From: an uncultured Planctomycetaceae bacterium
GTDB taxonomy: Bacteria; Planctomycetota; Planctomycetia; Planctomycetales; Planctomycetaceae
Reading direction: 5' to 3'
Assembly: GCA_963976765.1 (NCBI GenBank)
Contig: CAXBME010000028.1
Location: 62,001 to 118,764, forward strand
Length of the DNA stretch: 56,764 nt
Shown here: positions 30,574 through 41,743 of the stretch, piece after piece
Numbering within the stretch: the first letter of the stretch is position 1
How the letters are laid out: each line of letters opens with the position of its first letter
Made by a program: the position numbers and the translations under genes
The notes under the pieces: generated by a model
Databases searched by the model: none
What the model was told of the DNA's origin: nothing
Seen by the model: the letters and a program-made list of their open reading frames with translations, nothing else

Positions 30574-32397
30574 TCAGTTGACGCGTTTCAGCATCAGCAG
30601 ACGGAAATCCATCACCTGTGAACCGGGGATTTTTGTGGCTTTCAGAGTAAGCGTGCCTTTGCCCTGCTCCAGTCGGACAGTCCCCAGACTCATCGGCTTG
30701 AAATCTTTGACGTACGACTCCACGCGTTTGACCCGGTCGTGTTCTGCACCTTTGACGGGTGGATCGTGAGGCTCGACAACCTGAGCGATAAGCCGACTCT
30801 CGTTAAAGGTCAGTTCAAAGGTTGATCCGATATCGGCCTGCGGACATGTGTAGTAGAGGTCGATGGAGTAGTTACCGGTGGCTCCGATTTCGGCATCCCA
30901 GGTAATGCTGTCTTCGGTGCTCGTCCAGTTGGTGAAGTATGAGCAGTTCGGGAATTTGTTTGAGCGTTTGATGTTCCCATGAGCGACTCCATCCCGAGCC
31001 GGAATCTGAGTCAGCTCGGCATCTGGATGACCGATCACAAACGGACGACGATCCGTGCCAAAATCTCTGGGAAGGCTCGCCTGGTAGTCGGCCCGAATTT
31101 TCTTAAGCCGAGCTGATTCGTCCGAGTGTTTTTTCGTCACATCCGTGCTCTGGCCGGGGTCCGCCCGCATGTCAAAGAGTTTGCCGGCGTCGTCCAGACG
31201 GAACTGGCTGGTCCGCACACTGACTTTCCCTCTCCACTGCGAAATGATCGGTCGATCCGGAGCCGAGTTCTTTCCTGTCAGCAGAGCCGGTTTCAGGCTG
31301 ATGCCGTCGAGCGGTTTCTGACTGGCGACGGGAATTTCAACGAGATCCGCAAGCGTCGGCAACAGGTCGATCGCGGCTCCCAGTTGTGTCACAACGTGTC
31401 CACCCTTGATCTTCGCCGGCCAGCGAATCAGCATCGGCGAACGCACTCCGCCTTCGTCGGTCGAACCTTTGCGGCCTTTCATGCCACCGTTCCAGCGAAC
31501 TCCGTTCGGGCCGTTGTCGCAGAAGTAAATGACGATCGTGTTGTCGGCAAGTTTGAGGTCGTCGAGTTTCTTCAGCAGCCGCCCGACATTCCAGTCGATG
31601 TTCTCGCACATCGCCAACGCCGCTCGGACATGCTGGATGTCTTCCCTGTTCGGTTCCCGGTTGTGCATTTCCAGGTCGTTGTCTTTGAACTTCTTCCAGA
31701 AACGCTCAGGCACCTGCATCGGTGAATGCGGCGTGTTGTACGGCAGGTAGGCAAAGAACGGCTTGTCTTTGTTCGCTTCGACGAAATCCATCGCGTGGTT
31801 TGTAAAGTCGTCGATGCAGAACCCTTCGCCCGTCACGATCTGGTTGTTGTGTTCGAGCATCGGATCGAAATAGTTGCCCCAGTGGCCGGAGCAGAAACCG
31901 TAGAACTCGTCAAAACCGCGAGCGTTCGGGTGGTAAGGAAACTGCATCCCGTTGTGCCATTTCCCGAACGCGGCCGTCGCGTACCCCGCTGCTTTGAATG
32001 TCTGAGCGATGGTCATCTCGTCGAGGTTCATCCGCTCGCCGCCGGCCGACGTGCTGTAAACATTGCTGCGCGGGTGGTAGCGACCGGTCAGAAACTCCGC
32101 CCGCGTCGGCGAGCAAACCGGGCAGACATAGAAGCGTTCGAAACTCGCGCCGTCACGAGCCAGCGAGTCGATATTCGGCGTGCTCAGATTGGTATTCCCG
32201 TTAACGCTGAGATCTCCCCACCCTTGATCATCGGTCAGGATGACGACGACGTTCGGACGTGAATTCTTACTGGCGGCAAGCGCCGGCAAACCCGTCAACA
32301 GAAATCCGGCCACGGTCGCGACGACGGAGCAGGCGATCGGGACGCACCGGTTGATCCCACAAAATGGCTGGCGATGCTGAGCGGACGATGAAGTCAT
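30574..32397 (-). CDS. Arylsulfatase (S1) with C-terminal beta-sandwich extension
   Basis: [45 protein letters not shown]. Confidence 0.95.
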   Translation of the reverse strand: MTSSSAQHRQPFCGINRCVPIACSVVATVAGFLLTGLPALAASKNSRPNVVVILTDDQGWGDLSVNGNTNLSTPNIDSLARDGASFERFYVCPVCSPTRAEFLTGRYHPRSNVYSTSAGGERMNLDEMTIAQTFKAAGYATAAFGKWHNGMQFPYHPNARGFDEFYGFCSGHWGNYFDPMLEHNNQIVTGEGFCIDDFTNHAMDFVEANKDKPFFAYLPYNTPHSPMQVPERFWKKFKDNDLEMHNREPNREDIQHVRAALAMCENIDWNVGRLLKKLDDLKLADNTIVIYFCDNGPNGVRWNGGMKGRKGSTDEGGVRSPMLIRWPAKIKGGHVVTQLGAAIDLLPTLADLVEIPVASQKPLDGISLKPALLTGKNSAPDRPIISQWRGKVSVRTSQFRLDDAGKLFDMRADPGQSTDVTKKHSDESARLKKIRADYQASLPRDFGTDRRPFVIGHPDAELTQIPARDGVAHGNIKRSNKFPNCSYFTNWTSTEDSITWDAEIGATGNYSIDLYYTCPQADIGSTFELTFNESRLIAQVVEPHDPPVKGAEHDRVKRVESYVKDFKPMSLGTVRLEQGKGTLTLKATKIPGSQVMDFRLLMLKRVN

Positions 32398-32701
32398 GCG
32401 AAACTCTCCAGACGAGCGGTCGATGAGAACTGATCAAAGAAGCCTGGGTCGCGTCCCAGGGTAAAAACAGAGTGATAACGCAGACCCTGCGTGACAAACA
32501 AGAACCGACAGACATGTTGCATGTCAGCCTGCGACTCCTCCATGACTTTACCTCACAGAATACGCGTACAAAGTCGTTCGCACGGACGTATGACTGGCCG
32601 TAGTATCTGCATCACGAACATTCCTGCCCGCTCCCTGCCCCCCCAATCACAATCATTCGGTGCCCTGTCGAGTTGGTAACTTTCCGGAGAAGTCATCTGC
32701 C

Positions 32702-35230
32702 ATGCGTTTCGGAATGATGTTGATTTTCCTCGTTGGCCACGCCGCTGTCGCTTTGTTTGCCGACGCTGCGGAGCCGAATCTGATCAACGACGATCGAGTT
32801 GTCGTGTCGGTTTCTGAAGAGGTGATCGCCCCGTTTCTGAAGAAACACTGCGTGCGGTGTCACGGGCAGCGAGAACTGAACGGGCAGGTTCGGTTCGACG
32901 AGGTGAGGTGGGGGATCACGAACAACGATTCGGCACAGCGCTGGCAGGATGTGCTCGACATTCTGAATGCCGGCGACATGCCGCCCGAGGATGAACTTCA
33001 ACCAACAACCGCCGAACTGGCGAAAGTTCTGGACAGCCTGACCGGCACGTTGATCACTGCTCGGAAGCGACTGACTGATCATGGCGGTGAAATCGCCATG
33101 CGACGACTCAACCGGCGCGAGTATGCCAACACAATTCGCGACCTGTTCGGTTTTCAGATTCCTCGCGACATGATCCCGGAAGACAACGAAGCCGAAACGT
33201 TTGACACCGTTGGCGCTGATCAGTTTTTCTCGTCATCGCACTTCGAAAAGTATCTGGAACTTGGACGTGAGATCGTCGCTCAAGGGTTTGAATGGTCGGC
33301 ACAGCCGCGACAGCCCGTGAGTAAGAACCGACGCGAGCCAGAAGAAAACGTGACGCCTCGATTGCGAATCCAGCTGGCGGATCTCGACAACAAGATGCGA
33401 ATGAAGAACGAAGGCAAAACCTGGCAGGAAATGGGCTTCAAAGACGAAGGCGAGATGAAAATCGTCTTTTCGCAGTTTGAAAATCGAGCTGGCAAGCCGA
33501 GGAAGTATCTCACTTACCCGCTGGTCGACAGCGGCATTTACATGGCAGGAGTCAACAACGAAACGAAACGGTTCGGCATCAACCGAGGCGGGCGAAGCGC
33601 CGATCCGCGAGCCAGTTTTCGATTGAGGGTTCGAGCCGGCATCAACGGAGATCCGCCAGAGATTCGGAAATTCCTTGGCGTCTCTGACGCCGATGGAATC
33701 GTTGATGTGGTCAAGGTGCGAGGGACGACGTTGGATCCTCAGACGGTTGAAGTCAACTACCGAGGTGCGATCGGGCAGCGGAGTTTGAACTTTGCCGTCG
33801 AAGAGAACCGAGCGAACATCCGAGTCCTGGATGGATACCTCAACCGAGTTGATCGAGGCGGCGAGTGGGCGTCGATCTGGATCGACTGGCTCGAAATCGA
33901 AGGACCATTCTACGACGAAGAACGCGCATTCTTTGAGACACTGATTTACCCGGAGCCGCCGGTACGCGGCAGGCGTCCGGCTCCGTTGAACGATGAGAAC
34001 GCGAGGGAGCTTATCGAACGGTTTGCCTTCGAAGCGTTTCGACGAAATCCGCCGTCGCCCGAATACGTCGATCAACTGGCCGCTCTGTATCAGATGAATC
34101 GGTCTGAGGGGCAGAACATTGAGCAGGCAATGGGCGAGGTCTTCGCAGTCGTTCTGGCATCGCCGGGCTTTCTGTTTCTTCAGGAAGCGAGCGATGCCTC
34201 TGACGGAAAACGAATGCTCGATGACCGGGAACTGGCGATCCGCCTTGCGTACTTTCTATGGAGCAGCCCGCCTGACGACGAGCTTTACTCCTGCGTCGAT
34301 AATGGCTCGATTGCGCAACCGGACGTTCTGAGCAGGCAGGTCGATCGGATGCTCGATCATCCAAAGGCGGCTTCGTTCTTTGAAGGCTTCATGAGTCAGT
34401 GGGCGGAGCTGGACCGGTTCAACGCGATTACGGTCGACGAGAATAAGTTTTTCCGTTTTAACGAAGGCATCCGGCATTCGGCCTATCGCGAGGTGCTGGC
34501 ATTTTTTGAAACGCTTGTCACTAAGAATCTGCCTGCATCCAACCTGATCGATTCTGATTTCGTGGTGATCAACTCGGTACTGGGTGAGCATTACGGCATC
34601 GACAATGCAACTTCGGATGCGTTTCAGAAAGTGAATCTGCCAGCAGATTCACCTCGCGGCGGCCTGCTGGGACAAACCGCGTTTCTGACTCTGGGTTCGA
34701 ACGGAGAACGTTCGTCGCCCGTCATTCGCGGTGCTCTGGTCATGGAAAAACTGCTGCACGACAAGCCCGCACCACCACCGCCAAATGTGCCAGAACTTGG
34801 AGCCGCCACCGACAAACCGGCCACGAATCGGCAGATGGTTGAGCTGCATCAGCGTCGAGCTGTTTGCGCGTCGTGTCATAAGAAAATGGATGTGATCGGC
34901 TTTGGCCTGGAAAACTTCGATACGATCGGGAAGTGGCGAGACGCCGAAGCCGTCGGTCGGCAACAGATTCCCATCGAACCGGGTGGGACACTGCCGGGCG
35001 GAGCTGCTTTCGACGATGTCAAAGGACTGAAAACGGTATTATTGAAAGAGGACGATCGACTGGCACAGGAGCTGGTCGAATCGATGCTGGCATACGGCCT
35101 CGGCAGAACGGTCGAATTCTCAGACGCCAATGCCGTAGCGACGATTCTCGATAAGCTGAAGGGTGACGACTATCGACTTCGGACGATGGTCCACGAGATT
35201 GCGGAGAGTCCACTCTTCCGTATGAAATAA
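32702..35230 (+). CDS. DUF1592/DUF1588/DUF1587/DUF1595/DUF1585 protein with two CxxCH motifs
   Basis: Signal peptide; [79 protein letters not shown]. Confidence 0.92.
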   Translation: MRFGMMLIFLVGHAAVALFADAAEPNLINDDRVVVSVSEEVIAPFLKKHCVRCHGQRELNGQVRFDEVRWGITNNDSAQRWQDVLDILNAGDMPPEDELQPTTAELAKVLDSLTGTLITARKRLTDHGGEIAMRRLNRREYANTIRDLFGFQIPRDMIPEDNEAETFDTVGADQFFSSSHFEKYLELGREIVAQGFEWSAQPRQPVSKNRREPEENVTPRLRIQLADLDNKMRMKNEGKTWQEMGFKDEGEMKIVFSQFENRAGKPRKYLTYPLVDSGIYMAGVNNETKRFGINRGGRSADPRASFRLRVRAGINGDPPEIRKFLGVSDADGIVDVVKVRGTTLDPQTVEVNYRGAIGQRSLNFAVEENRANIRVLDGYLNRVDRGGEWASIWIDWLEIEGPFYDEERAFFETLIYPEPPVRGRRPAPLNDENARELIERFAFEAFRRNPPSPEYVDQLAALYQMNRSEGQNIEQAMGEVFAVVLASPGFLFLQEASDASDGKRMLDDRELAIRLAYFLWSSPPDDELYSCVDNGSIAQPDVLSRQVDRMLDHPKAASFFEGFMSQWAELDRFNAITVDENKFFRFNEGIRHSAYREVLAFFETLVTKNLPASNLIDSDFVVINSVLGEHYGIDNATSDAFQKVNLPADSPRGGLLGQTAFLTLGSNGERSSPVIRGALVMEKLLHDKPAPPPPNVPELGAATDKPATNRQMVELHQRRAVCASCHKKMDVIGFGLENFDTIGKWRDAEAVGRQQIPIEPGGTLPGGAAFDDVKGLKTVLLKEDDRLAQELVESMLAYGLGRTVEFSDANAVATILDKLKGDDYRLRTMVHEIAESPLFRMK

Positions 35231-35234
35231 GAAT

Positions 35235-35309
35235 CCTCACGCGAAGGCGCTACGACGCGAAGGATTCAGTCTGATCAAGCTCTTCGCGATTTGGCGTCTT
35301 CGCCTGAGG
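35235..35309. repeat. REP-like inverted repeat inside the operon
   Basis: cctcacgcgaaggcgctacgacgcgaag pairs with cttcgcgatttggcgtcttcgcctgagg (22/28). Confidence 0.65.
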
Positions 35310-35442
35310 GAATCCGAATTAGAAACAAGCATTGACGGACGCTGGGAGGTCAACCCAGCTTGATTCATCTATCAGGTGCCGGGACGATTAGTTGCCGGGA
35401 CACGACCCGGCCTGCCTGCTGCCTCCAGAGAAAAAAGTCGTA

Positions 35443-36747
35443 ATGAATCCATTCTTCACCAACTCGGCCACACGACGTTCCTTTCTGCGAGCGGGAAGTG
35501 TTTGCGTCGCCGTTCCGTTTCTCGAATCCTTTGCCAAAGGAAAAGACAACTCTGCCGCACCGCCGAAGCGGATGATTTTTCTGGGCGGCGGATTCGGATT
35601 TACGAAAGAAACCTTCTACCCGAAGGAAGCTGGCCGGTTTTCGGAGATCGGACTGACGGAGGGCCTCTCTCCTCTGAAGCGACATCAGGATGACATCACA
35701 ATGGTGGCCAACCTGACAAATCTCGGCGCGACAGATCCGCATGGCGGAAGCTGCTCCTACCTGACTGGAGCAAACGTTGCGGGGACTGCCGGAAAGCGAT
35801 TCTTCAACTCAATTTCGTGCGACCAGGTGGCAGCTCAATTCCTGGGCAAAGACACGCGGTTTACGTCACTCGCTCTAGCGGCCATTGAGCCGGACGGCAG
35901 TCAGAATTCCGGACACGGCAAGGGGCTATCACTTTCGTGGGATGATGGAGGAAACCCGATTCCGGGCATTAACCGACCGCTCGACCTGTTTCGAACGATC
36001 TTTGCTTCGGCCACGGATTCACGCGAGGAACTGGAGGCTCGGTTGCAGAAGAAGCAAAGCATCCTGGACATCGTGCGCGTGAACGGCGGCTCGATGAAGA
36101 GGAAACTCAGCAAAGGCGACCAGGAGAAACTCGACGAGTATTTTCAGGGAGTGCGGCAGATCGAGCAGGGTCTTGAACGTCAGGCATCGTGGGCGGCAAT
36201 TCCGAAACCGGATGCCCCTTTCGGCACTCCAGCCGAAGGCATTACCGGCGAGCAAGAAATCAAGCTGATGTACGACATGATTATTGTCGCATTGCAGACC
36301 GACTCGACTCGCGTGGTGACCTACCGGCAGCCGGTGTGTTCCGTGCTGGCGGGCATGGGCGTCTCTTTGAAAGCTCACTCGCTGAGTCATTACGGATTCT
36401 CGCAGCCACGCACGCTGGCGTCTCGTGAACGGGATAAGAAGTGCTCTGAGTTGTTCGGCCACTTCCTCGACCGGCTCAAAGAGGCCAGAGACATGGACGG
36501 CAGTCGGCTGTACGACAACTGCATCGTCAGCTACGGAACGAACCTGCGATCCGGCCACGAGCTGAAGGGGTTGCCCGCAATCCTTTCCGGAGGCGGAGCG
36601 AAGAGCATCAAACACGGCCGACACATCGTGTTGCCCGAGCAGGATACTCCGCTGGCGAACTACTGGCTGACTCTGATGCAGCAGGCAGATTTGCCAGTCG
36701 ACAAATTCAGCCACAGCACGGGCATCGTTCCGGAGCTTCTCGCTTAA
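35443..36747 (+). CDS. DUF1552 domain protein (Tat signal)
   Basis: TRRSFLR...VPFLES; PKRMIF; SISCDQVAA; KLDEYF..VRQIE; ALQTDSTRV; HSLSH; LANYWL. Confidence 0.92.
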   Translation: MNPFFTNSATRRSFLRAGSVCVAVPFLESFAKGKDNSAAPPKRMIFLGGGFGFTKETFYPKEAGRFSEIGLTEGLSPLKRHQDDITMVANLTNLGATDPHGGSCSYLTGANVAGTAGKRFFNSISCDQVAAQFLGKDTRFTSLALAAIEPDGSQNSGHGKGLSLSWDDGGNPIPGINRPLDLFRTIFASATDSREELEARLQKKQSILDIVRVNGGSMKRKLSKGDQEKLDEYFQGVRQIEQGLERQASWAAIPKPDAPFGTPAEGITGEQEIKLMYDMIIVALQTDSTRVVTYRQPVCSVLAGMGVSLKAHSLSHYGFSQPRTLASRERDKKCSELFGHFLDRLKEARDMDGSRLYDNCIVSYGTNLRSGHELKGLPAILSGGGAKSIKHGRHIVLPEQDTPLANYWLTLMQQADLPVDKFSHSTGIVPELLA

Positions 36748-36785
36748 TGGCATGGCCTGATGCTTTGCCAATTGCTCGAAAGATT

Positions 36786-36862
36786 TGAGCCACAGAGAAC
36801 ACCGGGAAAATGAGTTTTCCGTCAGAGGCTTTCACTGAGGCCTCGGTAATCTCTGTGGCTCA
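36786..36862. repeat. REP-like inverted repeat
   Basis: tgagccacagagaacaccggg versus the reverse complement of ctcggtaatctctgtggctca (18/21). Confidence 0.7.
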
Positions 36863-36894
36863 CATTCTTCACTGATCATGCCGAAAGGCTTCGT

Positions 36895-38817
36895 ATGAAA
36901 CATCTATTTGCTTCGGTGCTGCTCTGCAATCTGGCGATGGTGTTTGCTCAGGATGTTCCACAGACGGTCGAGCAGACGTGGGCGAGTTTTGATCCTCGCG
37001 CCGAGGACCTTGAAGTTGAGGTAATTCGCGAATCGATCGACGACGGCATCGTTCTGCGGCACATCCGTTATGTCGTGGGAACATTCGGTGGGAAGAAGAC
37101 ACGAGTCGCCGCTTTCTATGCTTTCCCCAGAGGGGGGCAAGAACAGCCGGGGATAGTTCAGCTGCACGGCGGCGGCCAGCAGGCCAGACCAGACACGGCT
37201 CGCTTCTGGGCGTCGCATGGTTACGCTGCGGTGACGGTCAACTGGGGTGAGCATGTGATTGATCAGCCGAGCGATCCAATTACGGACTGGGCAGGAATTC
37301 CCGCGGGATTTTTCGATCCCAAACATCACAACGACGTCTCACCCGATAAAGGGACCGTTCACGACGTGCCGCATCCCTGGAACAGTAGCTGGCTGTTGTA
37401 TTCAGCGGCGGCCCGGCGAGCGATCACGTTTCTCGAAGAGCAGCCCGAAGCTGACGGAGCAAACGTAGGCGTGACCGGTCACAGCATGGGAGGCCGACTG
37501 ACTGTACTGACGGCAATCGATCCGCGAGTCAAAGCGGCGTCTCCGTCGGTCGGCGGAAGCGGGTATCTCTACTCGGATATCACCGGCGTGCCGGGGTCGA
37601 CGCGGCGGATGCGGGCAGACCTCGACCTCTACAACGCGACGCTGGACTGCCAGAACTACTGGCCGCTCATCAAGTGCCCGCTGATGTTTCTCGGGGCGAC
37701 GAACGATTTCAATTCGCCGATGGAGCTCGTCATTCGTGGTTTTACTTCGCTGCCTCAGAAGAACGGAGCAATGTCGTTTTCGCCGCACATGAACCATCGA
37801 TTCACGGCTGACAATTACGCGGCGCGCGTGCGGTGGTTCGAGACGCACCTCAAAGGAACGTTTCAGTTTCCCAGGACTGCGACGACGCAGCTTGATCTGA
37901 AATCAGAAGACGGAGTCCCGCGGCTCGTCGTGCGACCGGATCTTTCCGGGCCGCACAAGTTGAAGTCCGTCTCCGTGTTTTACGGGTATGACCGCGATCC
38001 TCGTGCGAGGTTCTGGCGATCGGCTGACGTCGTTCGCGAAGGAAACGTCTTCGTCGCCGAGTGTCCCGTGGTTGAACTCGGCGAACCATTATTCGCCTTT
38101 GCGAATGTGACGTACGAAACCGGCATGCTGCTGAAAATGCCGCCGGGTTACGCAGACACGTCTCTGCTGACGGTAACGAGCGATTGTCGCCAGGCATTCC
38201 CGCAGCAAATCAAGGAAGCCGGAGTTAAGGCGACGACTGTCCGGCAACGGTTGATCGAAGATTTCCAGCACGGCTGGCGCGACTGGGCATTGGTTGGAGT
38301 CGGGCATCGAGAACACTGGAATTATGAAACTCACAAGGTCGGTGATCCGACATTTGCTGGTCCGCGTGGAGCATCACTGGCGCTGGATGTTGAGACGTCG
38401 GATCCGAATGAGATGCTCGCTGTGATTCTCGAAACAGATAAGTGGCGAGGTTATACCGGCAGAAAGTCTCGTCGATTCGTTGCGCTGGTGTCGCTTTCCG
38501 ATGCGGGGGCACATTCGCTGAATCTGTCGCTTGATCAGTTCAAAACGTCTGAGGATGAAGTTCTCGAAAACTATGATTTCGTGACCAGCCTGATTCTGAC
38601 TCCGGGCCAGAAAGAATGGCCGGATAAAGTCACCAGACCCTGGCAGGGCGAAGTGCCAGCATTCAGAAACATCCGCTGGTCCGGTGGCGAATTTGCTCCT
38701 CGCCCGAAACCGTACCTCGCTCGGGGAGCATCCGAAATCGACGCCGACGCTGCGTTCCGCGAGCAGTTCCATAAGGACGTCAAGGAGTCCGTCAATCGTG
38801 AATCGCGGGACCGTTGA
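36895..38817 (+). CDS. Secreted alpha/beta hydrolase (dienelactone hydrolase / acetyl esterase-like) with C-terminal beta domains
   Basis: HGGGQ oxyanion motif, GVTGHSMGG nucleophile elbow, TND, HMNH. Confidence 0.85.
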   Translation: MKHLFASVLLCNLAMVFAQDVPQTVEQTWASFDPRAEDLEVEVIRESIDDGIVLRHIRYVVGTFGGKKTRVAAFYAFPRGGQEQPGIVQLHGGGQQARPDTARFWASHGYAAVTVNWGEHVIDQPSDPITDWAGIPAGFFDPKHHNDVSPDKGTVHDVPHPWNSSWLLYSAAARRAITFLEEQPEADGANVGVTGHSMGGRLTVLTAIDPRVKAASPSVGGSGYLYSDITGVPGSTRRMRADLDLYNATLDCQNYWPLIKCPLMFLGATNDFNSPMELVIRGFTSLPQKNGAMSFSPHMNHRFTADNYAARVRWFETHLKGTFQFPRTATTQLDLKSEDGVPRLVVRPDLSGPHKLKSVSVFYGYDRDPRARFWRSADVVREGNVFVAECPVVELGEPLFAFANVTYETGMLLKMPPGYADTSLLTVTSDCRQAFPQQIKEAGVKATTVRQRLIEDFQHGWRDWALVGVGHREHWNYETHKVGDPTFAGPRGASLALDVETSDPNEMLAVILETDKWRGYTGRKSRRFVALVSLSDAGAHSLNLSLDQFKTSEDEVLENYDFVTSLILTPGQKEWPDKVTRPWQGEVPAFRNIRWSGGEFAPRPKPYLARGASEIDADAAFREQFHKDVKESVNRESRDR

Positions 38818-38894
38818 CGCTGCCAATTGCAAATTTCTTCTGGCACTTTTGAGAATCGCGCAGCAGGTTCAGTTGCTGACTGAAATAGGTAGCC

Positions 38895-39440
38895 ATGGCC
38901 GATTCCATCGATCCAACTCCAAACCTTTCCGAAGGCGATTTCATGCGACTTTTTGTCAAGCATGAGCCTGCTTTGCGGGCGTTTGCCCGGTCCATTCTGC
39001 CGGATTGGAACTCGGTCGAGGATGCCTTGCAGGAAGCCAGCGTGACGATGTGGGAAAAACTCGGGCAGCTCAAGGACGAGGACGGATTCCTTCCGTGGGC
39101 GAAGGTCATTCTGCGGTTCAAATGCCTTTCTTCGATTGCCACCTTACGTCGGAGTCGGCACGTACTGAGCGACGAGGTTCTGGAACTGATTGCCGACGAA
39201 GCGGAAGCGATTGACGCAGGGGAGATCGCGTCAGTTCGGCGAGCGTTGAACATCTGCCTGTCGAAATTCCCGTCACCTCATCAGGAATTGCTGCTGGCTC
39301 CTTACGTGGGCGATGGTCGCGTGAAGCAACTCGCCGGGCGTGACCGCAAATCAGTCAATGCGCTTTACAAGCTGCTCGGAAGGTTGCGTGCTAAACTGGC
39401 AATCTGTGTCCGCGGCCAGATTGCCTCGGAGATGTCCTGA
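38895..39440 (+). CDS. ECF sigma-70 factor (Rhodopirellula/Verrucomicrobium type)
   Basis: FMRLFVKHEPALRAF, EDALQE....WEK, FLPWA, AL..CL.K, VNALYKLL.RLR..L..C. Confidence 0.9.
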   Translation: MADSIDPTPNLSEGDFMRLFVKHEPALRAFARSILPDWNSVEDALQEASVTMWEKLGQLKDEDGFLPWAKVILRFKCLSSIATLRRSRHVLSDEVLELIADEAEAIDAGEIASVRRALNICLSKFPSPHQELLLAPYVGDGRVKQLAGRDRKSVNALYKLLGRLRAKLAICVRGQIASEMS

Positions 39441-39441
39441 A

Positions 39442-40788
39442 ATGAATCCCCAGACTTTGATACAGCGATACCTGCTCGGTGACCTGACCGATGCCGAAGT
39501 TGCCGAGCTGAACTGTCTGCTGAAGGGAAATACTGAACTGCGACGTGAGTTCGCTATTTCTGCCGCCGTGGATGCCGGCCTTCGCGAACGGTCTTTCGAA
39601 CCCGTCGTTGATCCAGTTTCATCGATTGAAGTAACGAGAGCAAAAATGTCGCCACGATTCGTGGTGGTTGGCACGAGCGTGGCGGCGATCGTCGTCGTGA
39701 TGCTTTTCCTTGGCCCGGCATTTCTGACGGCTGGGCTTTTCGACGTCGCTCCGGTGGCGACGCTGGTCTCCAGTGAGAACGCCGCGTGGGAAAGCTCGCT
39801 GCCGACAATTCCAGAATCAAAGCTTGCTCCAGGGTTGATGAAACTGGTTTCTGGAATCGCAACTGTCAGATTTGCGTCTGGTGCAGAAGTCGTGTTGGAA
39901 GCCCCGGCTGACCTTGAGTTGGTTTCAAGAATGCGAGCGAGGCTGGCTGGCGGAGCGGCGGTGGTCACGGTGCCTGAGTCAGCCATCGGTTTTGTTCTCG
40001 AAATGCCAAACGGTTTTGTCGCCGATCATGGAACGCATTTCGCTGTTAACGTGCCTGGTGGTGGAAAACCGTCCGGTATTGACGTGATCAAAGGCGAGAT
40101 TTCGGTCCATCAGTCTTTAACTGGAGAAAAGGTTCGGTTAACCGAACAGCAATCGGCGTCCATCTCCAAGCTGAAGTTGACGGTGTTCGAAGGACAGTTC
40201 GCGGATCAGGTTATGGAAGAGCGGCCTCGTGTGGTGCGGGTTGGAACCGGCGGGCGATCCACGTCGGTTATTCGAAATAACAAACGAAGACGTTGTCATC
40301 CAGATTTGTTGATGGTCAAACGCGGTCACAGTGAGGGCTGGGACCGACGTTCGATATTTTCATTTGAAGTCACGGGAGTTGACCTTGAAGCGGCAAAGTC
40401 TGTTCGCCTTCGGCTGAATCAGGTACCCAGCGGAATTGGTTTCGCCGCTCGGCTGCCGACGATCAATCGCTTTGCGGTTTATGGTCTGACTAACGAAGCA
40501 AAACGAGACTGGGAAATTGAAAGCCTCTGGGAAGACGCTCCAGGTCCGGCCGATGGCATCCTGTTAGGAACGTTTGAAATTCCTCGTAGCGTACAACGCG
40601 GTAGCTTCGGCATTGAAAATGCAAAACTGCTACGATTTTTGCGAACGCACAATTCAGGGCTTGCCACACTGATTCTTGTGCGGGAAACAGGGCAGATCGA
40701 AGGCGAAGTGCCTGGTCTCACTCATACGTTCGCCAGTGATTCGAACCCCGAGGCGTCCGGTCCGATTCTTGAATTTGCGTTTGATTGA
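39442..40788 (+). CDS. FecR-domain anti-sigma factor with C-terminal carbohydrate-binding-like (DNRLRE/CBM96-like) domain
   Basis: LIQRYL.G.L N-terminus, TM segment, FecR core (SGAEVVLEAPA, DHGTHFAV, V.KGEI), then L.VK...R.SIFSF...VRLRL...P.LE. Starts 1 bp after the sigma gene. Confidence 0.82.
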   Translation: MNPQTLIQRYLLGDLTDAEVAELNCLLKGNTELRREFAISAAVDAGLRERSFEPVVDPVSSIEVTRAKMSPRFVVVGTSVAAIVVVMLFLGPAFLTAGLFDVAPVATLVSSENAAWESSLPTIPESKLAPGLMKLVSGIATVRFASGAEVVLEAPADLELVSRMRARLAGGAAVVTVPESAIGFVLEMPNGFVADHGTHFAVNVPGGGKPSGIDVIKGEISVHQSLTGEKVRLTEQQSASISKLKLTVFEGQFADQVMEERPRVVRVGTGGRSTSVIRNNKRRRCHPDLLMVKRGHSEGWDRRSIFSFEVTGVDLEAAKSVRLRLNQVPSGIGFAARLPTINRFAVYGLTNEAKRDWEIESLWEDAPGPADGILLGTFEIPRSVQRGSFGIENAKLLRFLRTHNSGLATLILVRETGQIEGEVPGLTHTFASDSNPEASGPILEFAFD

Positions 40789-40841
40789 TCGTTCATGGAT
40801 TTACCACGAGTCAAATCCCACTCCACTTCAGGTAACGAATA

Positions 40842-41579
40842 ATGAAAACACGACTTTTTACAGCTTGCGTTCTGATCGTAGCATCGGTTGGCCTTTCACT
40901 CGGCACTTTTGCGAAAGATGTGAAAGAACCTGGCAAGTTGATTTTCAGTGACGACTTCGAGCGGAACGAATCTCAGGAATTGAAAGACGAGGTCGGCAAC
41001 GGCTGGGGAACAAACAGCAGGAGTCGCGCCGGTGGTCACAAGCAGGTTGATCTCAAAGACGGAACGATGCGGATCTTCATTCACGAGACCGCCGACCACG
41101 GCGTCTCAGTGACTCACCCGATGGAGTTTCGAGATGGCCGGGTCGAAATCAAGTTCATGCTTGAGCACGAGAAAGATTCGTTGGGTCTGAACTTCGCGGA
41201 TTTGCAGTACAAGAAGGTCTGGGCGGGACACCTCTTCAAAGTGGTCATCGGTATGAAACAGACGGAGCTGGCCGACCTGAAGACCGGCGTGATGGATCTG
41301 AAAGTTCGCGAAGCTCGACTGGCGAAAACTCTGACGGAAGCTCAAGCAAAGGAGCTGAAGACAAAAGCAAAGCGATTCCCACACAAGTTGGAAACCGGAA
41401 AATGGTACACCGCCGTCGCTAGTGTTGTGGGAGACAAGTTGAGCGTTTCGATTGATGGCAAAGAAGTCGGTTCGTTCTCGTCGGAAGGGATCGCGCATCC
41501 AACCAAGCGAATGCTCCGCCTGGCCGTTCACCGAAACGTTGTTGTGGACGACGTCAAAATCTACTCGCTCGACAAATAA
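40842..41579 (+). CDS. Secreted hypothetical protein, jelly-roll/LamG-like
   Basis: Signal peptide; KLIFSDDFER...KWYT......LSVSIDGK...GIAHPTK...VVDDVKIY. Confidence 0.75.
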   Translation: MKTRLFTACVLIVASVGLSLGTFAKDVKEPGKLIFSDDFERNESQELKDEVGNGWGTNSRSRAGGHKQVDLKDGTMRIFIHETADHGVSVTHPMEFRDGRVEIKFMLEHEKDSLGLNFADLQYKKVWAGHLFKVVIGMKQTELADLKTGVMDLKVREARLAKTLTEAQAKELKTKAKRFPHKLETGKWYTAVASVVGDKLSVSIDGKEVGSFSSEGIAHPTKRMLRLAVHRNVVVDDVKIYSLDK

Positions 41580-41610
41580 ACTGGTCATCGACGAGCAGCC
41601 CGCTTAACGG

Positions 41611-41688
41611 GTGGCCCGCTGGCTCTGCCGGCATTCTTCCGATTTGGTACCCGTAAGTGAGCCTGCACTGGCGGAGCCAGAGACACAC
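41611..41688. repeat. REP-like element (ctggctctgcc...ggcggagccag)
   Basis: Inverted arms ctggctctgccgg / ctggcggagccag; related to 21718-21790. Confidence 0.55.
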
Positions 41689-41743
41689 GACGGGGTAACC
41701 AGCCGGTCCTATTTTAAGCACGTTCTTAAGGGATTTTCGCCGC

